DNA of 64,000 nucleotides. Origin: an uncultured Gammaproteobacteria bacterium (GTDB lineage Bacteria > Patescibacteriota > Microgenomatia > CAYXHB01 > CAZYTL01). The stretch spans positions 85,552 through 149,551 of the forward strand of contig CAZYTL010000001.1 of NCBI GenBank assembly GCA_964650355.1, in the 5' to 3' direction. The number at the start of each line of letters is the position of its first letter. Position 1 is the stretch's first letter. The notes below the pieces were generated by a model, which made no database searches, was not told the DNA's origin, and was given only the letters and a program-made list of their open reading frames with translations. The position numbers and the translations under genes are program-made. Shown here piece after piece: positions 1-9,786 of the stretch.

Positions 1-797
1 CTTTTTTCCATCGCTTGCTTGAAGGCGGCAATTAAATTAGGCAGATTCTTGCGCGGTTGTAGAGTTCCCAAGTATAAAATGTAGTCACCCGGAATCTGAT
101 ATTTTGCTTTTACCCGATTAATTTCCTCATCCGGTTGAGGGAAAAAGTAGTGCTGATGATCAATCCCCATATGGGCCACCGTCACTTGCTGGTCAAATTT
201 ATTGTAATGCTTCAAAATGTCATTCTTAGTGTGCTGAGAAATGGCGATCACATGATTGGCGCGATTCACGGACCGCTTGGTCCAGGATTTCAGTTGAGCC
301 AGATCCTGTTTCTTAAAGTATTCGGGGAAGTCAAAATAGGCCGTGTCTAAAATCATGGTTACCAAAGGCACAGGACAGATTAAGGGCGCGTAATGTCCGG
401 GAGAAAAAAATATATCTAACTTTGGCCTTTCAGACAACAACCGTAACGGTAACCTTAAAATAGTCCACATTCTTTGCATGGGAATCACCTTATATTGCCA
501 ATTATCAGTTGCTTTAGGTAGATCTTCCAAAGGGGTATTTTTAAGATAAACTATCCATTTGTGAGCGACTTCAACCCGGTCAGGATTTTCTTCGTCGGTT
601 AAAGTCTTTAACCCGTGCAGCAGCTTAAAAGCTACCATGTTTGAACCCACGCGTTGTTTCACATTGGCCTCATTACCGTCAATCCCGATTACTAATGGTT
701 GCCTTCCCTCCTCATGCAATTTTTCATCAGCATGAATCTCATGCAAGGTTTTCTGGTCGAGTTGTTTAACGGCGGGTTGGGGTTTATCGTCTGCCAT
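1..797 (-). CDS. GT4 glycosyltransferase, truncated by the window edge
   Basis: Not in ORF track; read by hand from ATG 797: VIGIDGNEAN...FFSPGHYAP...YILYLGTLQPRKNL; runs off the left end. Confidence 0.85.
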   Translation of the reverse strand, partial: MADDKPQPAVKQLDQKTLHEIHADEKLHEEGRQPLVIGIDGNEANVKQRVGSNMVAFKLLHGLKTLTDEENPDRVEVAHKWIVYLKNTPLEDLPKATDNWQYKVIPMQRMWTILRLPLRLLSERPKLDIFFSPGHYAPLICPVPLVTMILDTAYFDFPEYFKKQDLAQLKSWTKRSVNRANHVIAISQHTKNDILKHYNKFDQQVTVAHMGIDHQHYFFPQPDEEINRVKAKYQIPGDYILYLGTLQPRKNLPNLIAAFKQAMEK

Positions 798-799
798 CG

Positions 800-1267
800 T
801 TATAATTTACTTAACATTTTAATGCCTTGCTTAGCATAAAATTGGTCATCTTCACGAATATTGTATTCTGAATCTGATAATTCATCAAAAGTAAACCATT
901 TATACTCCTTATGTTCTTGGGTATTTAATTTAACTTTATCAGATTCCGGTCTAGCGTAATATACCATCTTAACATCCCGATGAGCTTCATTAACCTTAGA
1001 AAGGTTCATATAGACCGGAGTATATAGCGATTCAACTATGTCTTTATCTAAATTGAACCTGGGTTTATTACCATAGATCTTAACTTGTAATCCACACTCT
1101 TCTTTTATTTCTTTAAACAATGCTTGTTCAGGATTTTCGTTTAGTTCTATATGACCGCCTATCGGCAACCACCTGTTAAACAAATTATGAAAAACGAAGA
1201 GGACTTTATCCTTGTAAACGAGGTAAATTGCCACGGTAAAATCAATTAAATTGCGGCTATGAGGCAT
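800..1267 (-). CDS. NUDIX hydrolase
   Basis: Nudix box GGHIELNENPEQALFKEIKEECG. Confidence 0.9.
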   Translation of the reverse strand: MPHSRNLIDFTVAIYLVYKDKVLFVFHNLFNRWLPIGGHIELNENPEQALFKEIKEECGLQVKIYGNKPRFNLDKDIVESLYTPVYMNLSKVNEAHRDVKMVYYARPESDKVKLNTQEHKEYKWFTFDELSDSEYNIREDDQFYAKQGIKMLSKL

Positions 1268-1299
1268 ATTTAAACCAATTTTTATTTTTTCAGAACTAA

Positions 1300-1665
1300 T
1301 TAATAAAGTGGATAAACGTACAGATCAACCGGGTAAAACCACCTTAAAATTACAAAAATTTTAGCCATAGTGTAGAACATTGCCCATAAATTTATTAAAT
1401 AAATAAGCCATTTTACCAAAATAGATTTATTGCGGACTTTGATTGAAGAATAAACCAGATAAGGAAATCCTATCAGAATCCACAAAAGCAATAGTAACCG
1501 AAGTATATTGGTTAAAAATGTGAACAATCTTAGGAAAGCAAACTGTTCAAAGTCAGCCCGAATAACATACTTAAGTACCGCAGGTAACACCATAAAAGTA
1601 GAAATAAACACCGAAAGATAAATGACAATGATCAGAAAGTCAGATTTTTTGAACTTAAGACTCAT
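1300..1665 (-). CDS. Small membrane protein, unknown function
   Basis: About three hydrophobic segments; co-oriented in the operon. Confidence 0.6.
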   Translation of the reverse strand: MSLKFKKSDFLIIVIYLSVFISTFMVLPAVLKYVIRADFEQFAFLRLFTFLTNILRLLLLLWILIGFPYLVYSSIKVRNKSILVKWLIYLINLWAMFYTMAKIFVILRWFYPVDLYVYPLY

Positions 1666-2148
1666 AAATATTTAGAGTTTCTATGCGACTTTTTCCCAGC
1701 TAAATTTATAAATGAACTTTAACCAAATGCAAGCCCTAATTAATAACTGAAATCACCGAGACCAAAAGACGCTTGAACGAATAAAGCAACCACAAAAGCC
1801 GCAGCTGTAAATATGTAACCGATAAATACAAAGAGTAAATTTGATGCCATCATATTTACCGGGCGCTTTTTGAGCCAGTTAACGAGTAGGATCACCAAAC
1901 TTGTTAACCCATAAAGGCCATTAACTAAGACTACCAAGGCAAGCAGTATTTGTGCCACGTTCCAAGCAGAGAACAATAGTTGAGTAATTATTTCGCTTTG
2001 AGTTACATGTAAGATCAACAGTAATAAAACAACTACGGTATAAATTGTAGAAGCTCCGGTTGTCAGCCATAATATTTTATAACGATTAATTTTAATCTTG
2101 TTCATAAATATTTAGAGTTTCCCTGGCCGTTTTTTCCCAGCTAAATTT
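1662..2148. repeat. Imperfect 46-47 bp direct repeat (1662-1707 and 2102-2148) of the GT4 gene 3' end
   Basis: TCATAAATATTTAGAGTTT...TTTTCCCAGCTAAATTT occurs twice, each copy supplying the ATG of a small membrane gene. Confidence 0.85.
1740..2105 (-). CDS. Small membrane protein, unknown function
   Basis: Three hydrophobic segments; overlaps the GT4 stop. Confidence 0.6.
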   Translation of the reverse strand: MNKIKINRYKILWLTTGASTIYTVVVLLLLILHVTQSEIITQLLFSAWNVAQILLALVVLVNGLYGLTSLVILLVNWLKKRPVNMMASNLLFVFIGYIFTAAAFVVALFVQASFGLGDFSY

Positions 2149-3222
2149 CTTCAACTGCTCAAATCCTCTTTTAATTAATCTGTTTCTGTCCGCCGGTTTT
2201 AAGTTTAACATCTTTTGGATACCCTCACGAATACTATCGGTGGAGTAGGGGTCAACATAAATAGCCGCTTTACCTGCCACCTCAGGCATACTGGAAATTC
2301 TGGATGTGAGCACTGGTATTCCGCAGGCAAAAGCTTCTAAAATTGAAATTCCAAACCCCTCGTATAAAGATGGGTACAGGAAGCCGCTGGATCCGCAGTA
2401 AAGGCGGGGAAGGTCTTCGTCTGGTACATAACCTATCAGTTGCACATTGTCTGTTTTAACGAGGCTCTCACCCCATCCTACTTTGCCGGCAATGACTAGG
2501 TTAGTTTTCCCAAGAGGACCCCTTCGGGGCAGTTTTGAGTTTTGAAGATCAGAAAAAACTTTTAGTACGCTAGCGAGATTTTTCCTGGGTTCTCGAGTCC
2601 CCACCATCAATAAGTAGTTACCCTCAATTCCATATTTCTGTTTTACTTCCTTAACTTTGAATTTTGAACCTTGAACTTTGAATTTATCATCCACCGCTTC
2701 ATAAATTACCGTGCTCAGCTCTTCCGGATAGTGCAATAATTCAATCAAATCATCTTTAGTGGATTTTGATACCGCAACCACCTGCAGTTTCTTTTCTTTA
2801 GCTCTTTTCAAACGTTTGATCATCGTTTCTTTATAGGGATATTGCTGCAAATCCGGCCGTTTTAAAAAGAATAAATCATGAATAGTAAGAACTGTTTTCG
2901 CCTTCGTAGGAGCCAAACTCCAGTCCGGACTGTGATAAACATCAATCGGGCCGAGTAGTTTTTCCAGGCTTAAAATATGCCAATCGTTCCAGAGGACCAT
3001 TTGCATTTTAGGAGACAAAGGGAAAATTTTCAGCTGAAAATTTTCCCCTAAATTACTCTGTTGAAAAAACTCTTCCACTGCCTTTCTTTGCCTCAAAGTC
3101 CCGGCAAATAGCACATATTCATTCTGTCGATCAATCTTAGCCAACGCCCTCACCAAATTTTTGGTATACACCGACACGCCTGTACCGTAAACCACTGAAG
3201 AGATGTCAATCGCTATTCTCAT
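2092..3222 (-). CDS. GT4 glycosyltransferase
   Basis: MRIAID start, GTREPRKN, YPSLYEGFGISILEAFACG. Confidence 0.93.
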   Translation of the reverse strand: MRIAIDISSVVYGTGVSVYTKNLVRALAKIDRQNEYVLFAGTLRQRKAVEEFFQQSNLGENFQLKIFPLSPKMQMVLWNDWHILSLEKLLGPIDVYHSPDWSLAPTKAKTVLTIHDLFFLKRPDLQQYPYKETMIKRLKRAKEKKLQVVAVSKSTKDDLIELLHYPEELSTVIYEAVDDKFKVQGSKFKVKEVKQKYGIEGNYLLMVGTREPRKNLASVLKVFSDLQNSKLPRRGPLGKTNLVIAGKVGWGESLVKTDNVQLIGYVPDEDLPRLYCGSSGFLYPSLYEGFGISILEAFACGIPVLTSRISSMPEVAGKAAIYVDPYSTDSIREGIQKMLNLKPADRNRLIKRGFEQLKKFSWEKTARETLNIYEQD

Positions 3223-3262
3223 GCAATTATTTTACCTTAATTTTACTTCTCACATTTTAGTT

Positions 3263-4744
3263 CTATCCTGTTTTTTGATACACAAACACAAATCCTACCC
3301 CTCTAAAGTTCAGAGTATCAGTTAATTCATATCCATGATTGACCAGCCAGTCCGGGATTTTTCTTTCTGGGTCGCTCAGATCCGACAGATACTCAAAGTG
3401 ATAGATCGTGTTTGCGCCTTTGAGTTGATGGTCCATGATTAAATTGGAGTCGTTATCAAATACTAAATGGGGGACTAAACCTAAAGCATGAACCCAGGGA
3501 ACAGTCACGAATTGACTTGCATACCAGCTATAGGGAGCAAAAGGTTCGGGAAATGCAAAAGTTACCATAGATCCAGGATTTTGGGCTACTTTTTCCTCCA
3601 CCGTTTTCACTGCCGTGCGCCAATCTTCCCTCTGAAAATTCGGATTGGCATAATACAGGTACGACCCTAACAAAGACATAATTACGACTCCGCTGGTCAG
3701 CACAGTCTTCACCCGGGCATGTTTGACTTGTTCAATGCCAATCGCCAGCAATAAATACATGGCCGGCAGGGTGAATATCAATCTCCACGGGCCATTCACC
3801 GGCACCCAAAAGGAAATTAACCAGGCAGCTACAATGGGCACAACTAACCAATACCAGAGAAGGCTGACTTTTTTTGAATTAATGCGCACCGTTTTGAACA
3901 ACAAAGGAACCACAAACAAGCCACTGACTAACACCAACCCTGCGTACAACCACTTGTTGCTGAATGTAATCCTGCCCAACACGAACTTAGCATAAGTTAA
4001 AGGAAAGGCTTTCCAGGCTCCCGGACTGCTTAAAGTTCTCCATCCGGGCCAGATAGAAGGCAACTTTACCCCTGATGAAAATTGAGTGAGAAATTGGGGA
4101 ACCCAAAAACTAAACCCCAAGAGCGAAACAAGTAAACTATTGAGCCATGGTCTGAAACTGCTTTTTTCAACCCGCCAAAGATATACAATTTCTACCACCA
4201 GCATCAAAGGCAACAAGTAAAAAGTATAAAAACAGGCGATCAGCACCAGGGTATGCCAGAACCAGCGTTTAGTCAGCAAACAATAAATCAGCAAACTTGC
4301 CAATAACGCGGCCAGACTATACATGCGCAACTCTTGAGAGTAATAAATGTGATAGGGAGCAATCGCCAATAAAAAAGCTGCCAAAACCCCTACAGATTTA
4401 CCCTGAGGAAACACATATTTTCCCTTCTGCTTTACAGAACCCAGTAAAAAAATGACCCCCACGTTAGCTACCCCCAGCATCGCCGGCAACAATCTTAACC
4501 ACCATTCGCCACTGCCCAAAACCATGGCAAAATGCACCAGATAATAAAACAACGGCGGTTGAAAATCAGTTTGTAACTGCCATTGAGCACTAAAGGGTCG
4601 GGCGCTGGCCATGGCCTGGGCAGCCTCGTCCAGCCAAAAAGATTGATCCAAATGAAATAACCGCATTAGCAGAGCCAACAACAGTATCGACAACAGGGTA
4701 TTAGAAATCCGGATTTTTGAGAAGGAAAAATTGCGCAGCTTCAT
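3263..4744 (-). CDS. GT-C membrane glycosyltransferase (PMT/ArnT-like)
   Basis: SFWLDEA, QPPLFY, YYSQELRMY, multiple TM segments. Confidence 0.85.
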   Translation of the reverse strand: MKLRNFSFSKIRISNTLLSILLLALLMRLFHLDQSFWLDEAAQAMASARPFSAQWQLQTDFQPPLFYYLVHFAMVLGSGEWWLRLLPAMLGVANVGVIFLLGSVKQKGKYVFPQGKSVGVLAAFLLAIAPYHIYYSQELRMYSLAALLASLLIYCLLTKRWFWHTLVLIACFYTFYLLPLMLVVEIVYLWRVEKSSFRPWLNSLLVSLLGFSFWVPQFLTQFSSGVKLPSIWPGWRTLSSPGAWKAFPLTYAKFVLGRITFSNKWLYAGLVLVSGLFVVPLLFKTVRINSKKVSLLWYWLVVPIVAAWLISFWVPVNGPWRLIFTLPAMYLLLAIGIEQVKHARVKTVLTSGVVIMSLLGSYLYYANPNFQREDWRTAVKTVEEKVAQNPGSMVTFAFPEPFAPYSWYASQFVTVPWVHALGLVPHLVFDNDSNLIMDHQLKGANTIYHFEYLSDLSDPERKIPDWLVNHGYELTDTLNFRGVGFVFVYQKTG

Positions 4745-4827
4745 TGATGATGAGATGATGATACACCTTTAAGTCACTCCTTGCTGTCTGAGTGGAATTA
4801 GAGTTTTGAACCCGTCAGCTTTGATGA

Positions 4828-5664
4828 CTACTTCGCCTTATTTCCCAGCATAATCATTTCCATGATACCTAAACTGATCCCTAAATCAAAAATAAGCTTA
4901 AAAATAAAAAATAAGGGTTCCCTGTATTTTACCGATTTATAAAGCCCGATGACTAAACTGACCGGGAATGAGGCCCTTGCCAAAGCAACCAACTTACCCA
5001 CAAATTTGAGTTTATATTCTCTTTTGCCAACCCATTTCGCTTGCTGAAAGACGCCCGACAAGCGAGCCGGATTATGGTGATAAAATACTGCTCCGGGAGC
5101 GTGAATAGGTTTATAACCCAACTTTTTAACCAAAGTCCAAGTGTCGTTATAGCCCACATGGTCATACCCATTTACTCGCTGAAACTCTGACTTCAGGATG
5201 GCCCGAAAGTCTTCTCCCTTGTCAGGATAATTCAATGGCAATCTGCGCTTAGGTGCCAAATTTAGATTCCAATTCCAGCACCTGGCCCAGACATTGTCCC
5301 AGTTGGCCACAAACTCTTCCTTGCTAAAAGTCCCCTTGACAGCCTTCTGTTTGATTGGCTGAATCAAATGCTTAATAAAATCCTCGTCAAACTCCATGTC
5401 AGCGTCAACCAACACCAGTATTTCGCCTCTGGCCATCTTAGCGCCCTGATTCCTGGCAATCGCCGGACCCTGGTGAGCCTGATGCAACAACTTTACTTCA
5501 GGAAACTGCTTAATTCTCTTAACAGAAGCGTCTTTTGAGCCGTCATCCACCACAATGATTTCCATCTCATCATTGGTTTCCAGCTTTTGTTTTTGCAAAG
5601 ATGCCAAACATCTGCCGATGTACTTAGCTTCGTTATAAGTAGGGATGATCACCGAGATGAGCAT
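4828..5664 (-). CDS. GT2 glycosyltransferase
   Basis: ISVIIPTYNE, VDDGSKD, ARNQG, VDAD; probable start MLISV at 5664. Confidence 0.92.
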   Translation of the reverse strand: MLISVIIPTYNEAKYIGRCLASLQKQKLETNDEMEIIVVDDGSKDASVKRIKQFPEVKLLHQAHQGPAIARNQGAKMARGEILVLVDADMEFDEDFIKHLIQPIKQKAVKGTFSKEEFVANWDNVWARCWNWNLNLAPKRRLPLNYPDKGEDFRAILKSEFQRVNGYDHVGYNDTWTLVKKLGYKPIHAPGAVFYHHNPARLSGVFQQAKWVGKREYKLKFVGKLVALARASFPVSLVIGLYKSVKYREPLFFIFKLIFDLGISLGIMEMIMLGNKAK

Positions 5665-5804
5665 GGATGCCAAGAAGAACAATAAACTTTCCTCATGAGT
5701 TTACCCCAACCCGGAAGGTAAGTAAATCAAGAGTCACACGGGGATTATTAGTTTTTTCAAACCGATAATTATGATATCACCAGGTTGGGTGGTAAAATAG
5801 CATC

Positions 5805-6497
5805 GTGGATCCCGATGATGACGATTACGATATTTTCAATCCTCAAATTGGAGGGGGCTCTATAATACCAAAGCATATGCCAAGCGAAGAAGAAAAACTA
5901 TATCACGAACTAATAGGTAAATATCAGGGGACCATAGGAGAAACAGGAACAACCACAGAAAAAGTGATGTGGGAATCTGTCAATGCAGTTTTGCAACAGT
6001 TGGTGGACAAAGGGCATAGCCATTACTCCAGATTCATGATAGAGCCAACCAAATTGGGGCCAAGTGATTTTGTCAACTTTGGTTCCTTTCGCTCACAACT
6101 CATGAGTGCTTTACAAAGAATGTCACAAGATTTCGATTTGGCAGATCCCAGTTATTTAATCTATGAACATATGCCTAAATCTAACGCACAGATAAGTAAT
6201 CAAGCAATCTCTTCACCCATTCAGAGCAATAACCAGAGTCAAACTCAACAGCAAAGCCAAGAAGTTGAATTGTCTATCGATCAGAGAATCTCGTTAATAG
6301 AACAAGAATTAGAAGAGAAACTTACTGAAGAACAGCTAACAGAAATAAAACCGACACTGGAGGAATTTAAAGCAGAACCGACTAAATGGAGTAAAGCTTC
6401 CAAACTAATCAAGGCTGTATTGGGACTCAGCAAAGATGTAGCTGTAGGTGTAATTTCAAATATTGTAGCTACTCAAATAGGTTTCCCCCAAGTTTAA
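5805..6497 (+). CDS. Hypothetical protein
   Basis: 230 aa ORF, Q/S-rich linker and helical C-terminus; no family recognised. Confidence 0.55.
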   Translation: MDPDDDDYDIFNPQIGGGSIIPKHMPSEEEKLYHELIGKYQGTIGETGTTTEKVMWESVNAVLQQLVDKGHSHYSRFMIEPTKLGPSDFVNFGSFRSQLMSALQRMSQDFDLADPSYLIYEHMPKSNAQISNQAISSPIQSNNQSQTQQQSQEVELSIDQRISLIEQELEEKLTEEQLTEIKPTLEEFKAEPTKWSKASKLIKAVLGLSKDVAVGVISNIVATQIGFPQV

Positions 6498-6608
6498 GAT
6501 AGCTGTTTTTCTCTCCCTAATCATCGTCATCTTGATTCAACCAGGGCGGTAGTGTAGTTGTGGTCTTAGAAGAAGCTACTCTCGGTGGGGTAGAGGTTGA
6601 GCTAGATG

Positions 6609-7238
6609 TCATAGTTTAAGATCTTTAACCATACTTGGGTGAGGTAGTGAAGCACCCGATACTGGAGTTGAATATAGTTTTGCGATATCAGGATCTACTT
6701 TAAATTTTAGATTACCCTTAAATTGATTATTGTATCTGTTTACCATCAGCTCCATCAATTTTGTATCTGTTTTTAGAACCTTCTTAAGTTTTTCCACAGC
6801 CAATTTGAAAGCTTCGGCAAATTGGTCTGCGTCTAAAACTAAATGATTGTTTTCAACAGTGAAGGGATCTGCTTTAGTTCGACTAATTCCAGCTGCCTTT
6901 GCAAAGTAATTGTGAGCCAACCCGTTGCGGAAAATGTTTACAAAATTCCTTCTATGTGGTTTTAACTTTTCTTTGAAATCATCTGGAAAATAGTCATCAA
7001 TAAAACCCATTATGCTTGCTTGGGCATATCCTTTCTTGGGTAAGGACTTTCCTGAAAAAGTTAGTTGACCTAAGAATTCAACACATGCAAACGTATAGAG
7101 TGCAATGGGAAAATTGCAGTTACCAGCAGCTCCAGAGCGATGAGGAATGCTTGTTAGTCTCTCAAGATCGGTTAGCATCCAGCCATCAACGACTTCGGCT
7201 ATAAAATAATCTAAAATTACGGTCTTATTTTTGTCCAT
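6609..7238 (-). CDS. Hypothetical protein with HEPN-like RxxxxH motif
   Basis: FRNGLAHNY in a helical protein. Confidence 0.5.
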   Translation of the reverse strand: MDKNKTVILDYFIAEVVDGWMLTDLERLTSIPHRSGAAGNCNFPIALYTFACVEFLGQLTFSGKSLPKKGYAQASIMGFIDDYFPDDFKEKLKPHRRNFVNIFRNGLAHNYFAKAAGISRTKADPFTVENNHLVLDADQFAEAFKLAVEKLKKVLKTDTKLMELMVNRYNNQFKGNLKFKVDPDIAKLYSTPVSGASLPHPSMVKDLKL

Positions 7239-7318
7239 ACAATTTTATCTTTGGTTCCAATTATACATTCCAGCCACATATTCTTAAAGTTTCTAGGCTC
7301 AAGTAGTAAAATAAGAGA

Positions 7319-8053
7319 ATGAAAGAGGAAGCTATCAAATTACTAGCCAAAACTGACGAAACTCTACTGCTCGGTAAAAAGGGATTAGCGAGAGTTACTG
7401 AAACAAATGAGGTTGAAAAAGAACTAAAGACTTTTTTGAATGCCAACTTAGATTTTGACTCAGAACTTGGCAGAGAATATGAGAAGTGGAGCAAAACCAC
7501 TATTTGGAAGACTATCCCAGGGGATGGTTTTGCAAATCAAAGCTATATATCTCCTATAATCATGTTGAGAGATTTCCTTACAAGGTTTTTGGACGTGAGC
7601 GATATTCAAGCACCGCCCACACAACAATATGTTAAAACTGGAGAGGTCTACACAGGAAGAAAAGTTTTGCGGGACATTTTAAGCCGAGCAAAAAATAAGA
7701 TTGACGTTCAAGATAACTATCTGGACCAAGAAATATTTGCCATCCTCCAACCATATTTTGAAAATAATGCAAATATCGAAGTTAGGCTCTTAACAAATCA
7801 AGCAAACAACGCTTTTAAATCCGACTTTGATGTTTTTAGTAAGCAGTATGGGAGAGCAAAAGCAAAGTACAACAATCAAGCCCACATCAGATTAATAATT
7901 TTAGATTCTAATGAGGTATTTAGTATTGGTCATTCCCTCAAAGACGTTGGAAAAAAAGCTGATGCAGTTTCAAAGATCGAGGATGATGATGCGAGGAAAA
8001 AGGCAATAGACGATTTTGAAAGTTGGTGGAAAAACGGGACTCAAATAAATTAA
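7319..8053 (+). CDS. Protein with C-terminal PLD-like domain
   Basis: QDNYLD...HIRLIILD...GHSLKDVGKK, an HKD-variant pattern. Confidence 0.55.
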   Translation: MKEEAIKLLAKTDETLLLGKKGLARVTETNEVEKELKTFLNANLDFDSELGREYEKWSKTTIWKTIPGDGFANQSYISPIIMLRDFLTRFLDVSDIQAPPTQQYVKTGEVYTGRKVLRDILSRAKNKIDVQDNYLDQEIFAILQPYFENNANIEVRLLTNQANNAFKSDFDVFSKQYGRAKAKYNNQAHIRLIILDSNEVFSIGHSLKDVGKKADAVSKIEDDDARKKAIDDFESWWKNGTQIN

Positions 8054-8209
8054 TTTTCGAAAGCGAAGTCTGACTAAAAGCCATTAGGGGTTCGAACCTC
8101 GTTACCGGTATTTCTCATTTCCAGGCTAACTCCTAAAAAACAAAAAACCTGGCTCGTATTTACCTCACTGAAGCTCTGGCGAAGCGGGTCAGATTATTTA
8201 TTTTCAGGC

Positions 8210-8467
8210 CTATTTGTCTAGTTTCTTCTGGGAGTACCCTTTTAGTTTTCTTCTTCCTGCCCCACTTTTCCACCAATTCTCTCGTTTTCTTGCTTCTTTT
8301 AATGATTCGAACTCTTCAATAAACAACACCCTAAAGGGAATTCTATGTTTTGTAGACTTAACTTGACCAGAATTATGTTGTTTAAGTCGCCTCGTGAAGT
8401 CGCTGGTTGAATCCACATATGTTCTGCCATCAGGCAAACTTTGCAGAATATACGTAGTAGCAGGCAT
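8210..8467 (-). CDS. GIY-YIG nuclease, possibly degenerate
   Basis: TYILQS...TYVDSTSDFTRRLKQHN...ARKRE; YVG is changed to YVD. Confidence 0.8.
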   Translation of the reverse strand: MPATTYILQSLPDGRTYVDSTSDFTRRLKQHNSGQVKSTKHRIPFRVLFIEEFESLKEARKRENWWKSGAGRRKLKGYSQKKLDK

Positions 8468-8537
8468 TTTTATAATACAAGGGAGCGGGCCCCGCCCTCT
8501 GGGCGAGGTGCCTCGCTCAAGCGCCTTTGGCGACTTG

Positions 8538-8608
8538 AGCGGGATACGGGGGTCGAACCCGTCTTTCTACCTTGGGAAGGTAGCGTTGAGCCGCTCAACT
8601 AATCCCGC
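8538..8608 (-). tRNA. tRNA-Gly(CCC)
   Basis: Cloverleaf GCGGGAT...ATCCCGC-T, anticodon arm CTACC-TTCCCAA-GGTAG, GGTTCGA; CCA not encoded. Confidence 0.93.
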
Positions 8609-8720
8609 GAAGTTTTGCCCATCTCCACTTTTTCTGGGCAATACAAACCAACGAGCTCTGTCCAGCAGGTGACATAGCTGACGGTTTAATTAATTAAAGA
8701 GTTCTACGAACGAGATCTGG

Positions 8721-9419
8721 TTATCTGGGGATTGTCAGTTCCAATCCGGAATGAATCAAATCTGGGTTGGTTAAATGATTGGCTCTGGCGATATCCACCC
8801 ATTTATAGCCGTCGTTATAAGCCCGGATGGCAATTTTCCACAAATAATCGCCTCGTTGAGTCGTATATTTGTCTCCTTCTATCGGGTTTTCCACTTGTGG
8901 TTGAGACGATGACGCGGCCTGTTTAGCCATTTCTTCATCGTATGACGTGGTGCTGGCACCTCCAATCGCCGGTTCCCGCTCCTTAACAGTCATGGGGTAT
9001 GCTTTGGCCAATTGAGGAATGGTTAATTCCTCGTCTTTTACAATTACATTGGGATTGTTCAATTTATTGGCGGCGGCAATCTCTACCCATCCGTATCCGG
9101 TTTGGTAATATCTTTCAGCAATTCTCCACAGGTTATCACCTTGTCTGACTTTGTAACTGGTTGGCAATTCACCCTCAAACGGCGGCAATTCTTCAGCAGG
9201 CGTATCAGAAAATTCTTCTTTTTGGGCTTCATCAACAGGCACATTCTGATCTTCTACAGTGGGCAATTCTGCAGGTTTGGAACGGAAGTAATTAACTACC
9301 AAGCCACCAACGACAATCACTACTCCTAACCCTAACAACATGCTAATCATTGACTCATTGAGTTTAATAGTCTTCAGAATATTCTTTAGGGTACTTTCCA
9401 TAACGGAATTAATAATCAC
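8721..9419 (-). CDS. Membrane-anchored protein with two LysM domains
   Basis: YKVRQGDNLWRIA and YTTQRGDYLWKIA; N-terminal TM; start may be ATG 9401. Confidence 0.9.
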   Translation of the reverse strand: MIINSVMESTLKNILKTIKLNESMISMLLGLGVVIVVGGLVVNYFRSKPAELPTVEDQNVPVDEAQKEEFSDTPAEELPPFEGELPTSYKVRQGDNLWRIAERYYQTGYGWVEIAAANKLNNPNVIVKDEELTIPQLAKAYPMTVKEREPAIGGASTTSYDEEMAKQAASSSQPQVENPIEGDKYTTQRGDYLWKIAIRAYNDGYKWVDIARANHLTNPDLIHSGLELTIPR

Positions 9420-9533
9420 TCCTTTCTAGGGCAGAAAAGCGATAATTAGTTACCAGTTTCAAGTTTTTAGCTAGTCTTTTCTTTTATAGTTTGTTGTTCA
9501 ATAACCAGAAACTTTAAACTGGATACTTTATTG

Positions 9534-9607
9534 CGGGACCGACGGGACTCGAACCCGCGACCTCCTGCGTGACAGGCAGGCGCTCTAGCCAACTGAGCTA
9601 CGATCCC
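9534..9607 (-). tRNA. tRNA-Asp(GTC)
   Basis: GGGATCGTAGCTCAGTTGG...CCTGC-CTGTCAC-GCAGG...GGTTCGAGTCC; CCA not encoded. Confidence 0.96.
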
Positions 9608-9786
9608 TTTTCGAACAAACCCTAAGAAATGCCATTAACCAAATATCAATTTTCAAACAATAGATTAAATTCAAAATTCAAATAATCAAACTTTATTAAC
9701 CTGATGCTCACAATATGAAATTTCTCTCGGTCAGTATAACAAAACATTGCTTTCAGTTCAATCACTCAGTATCATAAGAGGGAGAC

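Noticed and set aside
135-350. 71-aa ORF on the plus strand
   Set aside because: Antisense shadow of the truncated GT4 gene
5699-5725. CCGGAAGG hairpin resembling SRP RNA domain IV
   Set aside because: Flanking CAGG/AGCA internal loop and the long stem are absent
8394-8672. 92-aa ORF on the plus strand
   Set aside because: Antisense to tRNA-Gly and the GIY-YIG gene
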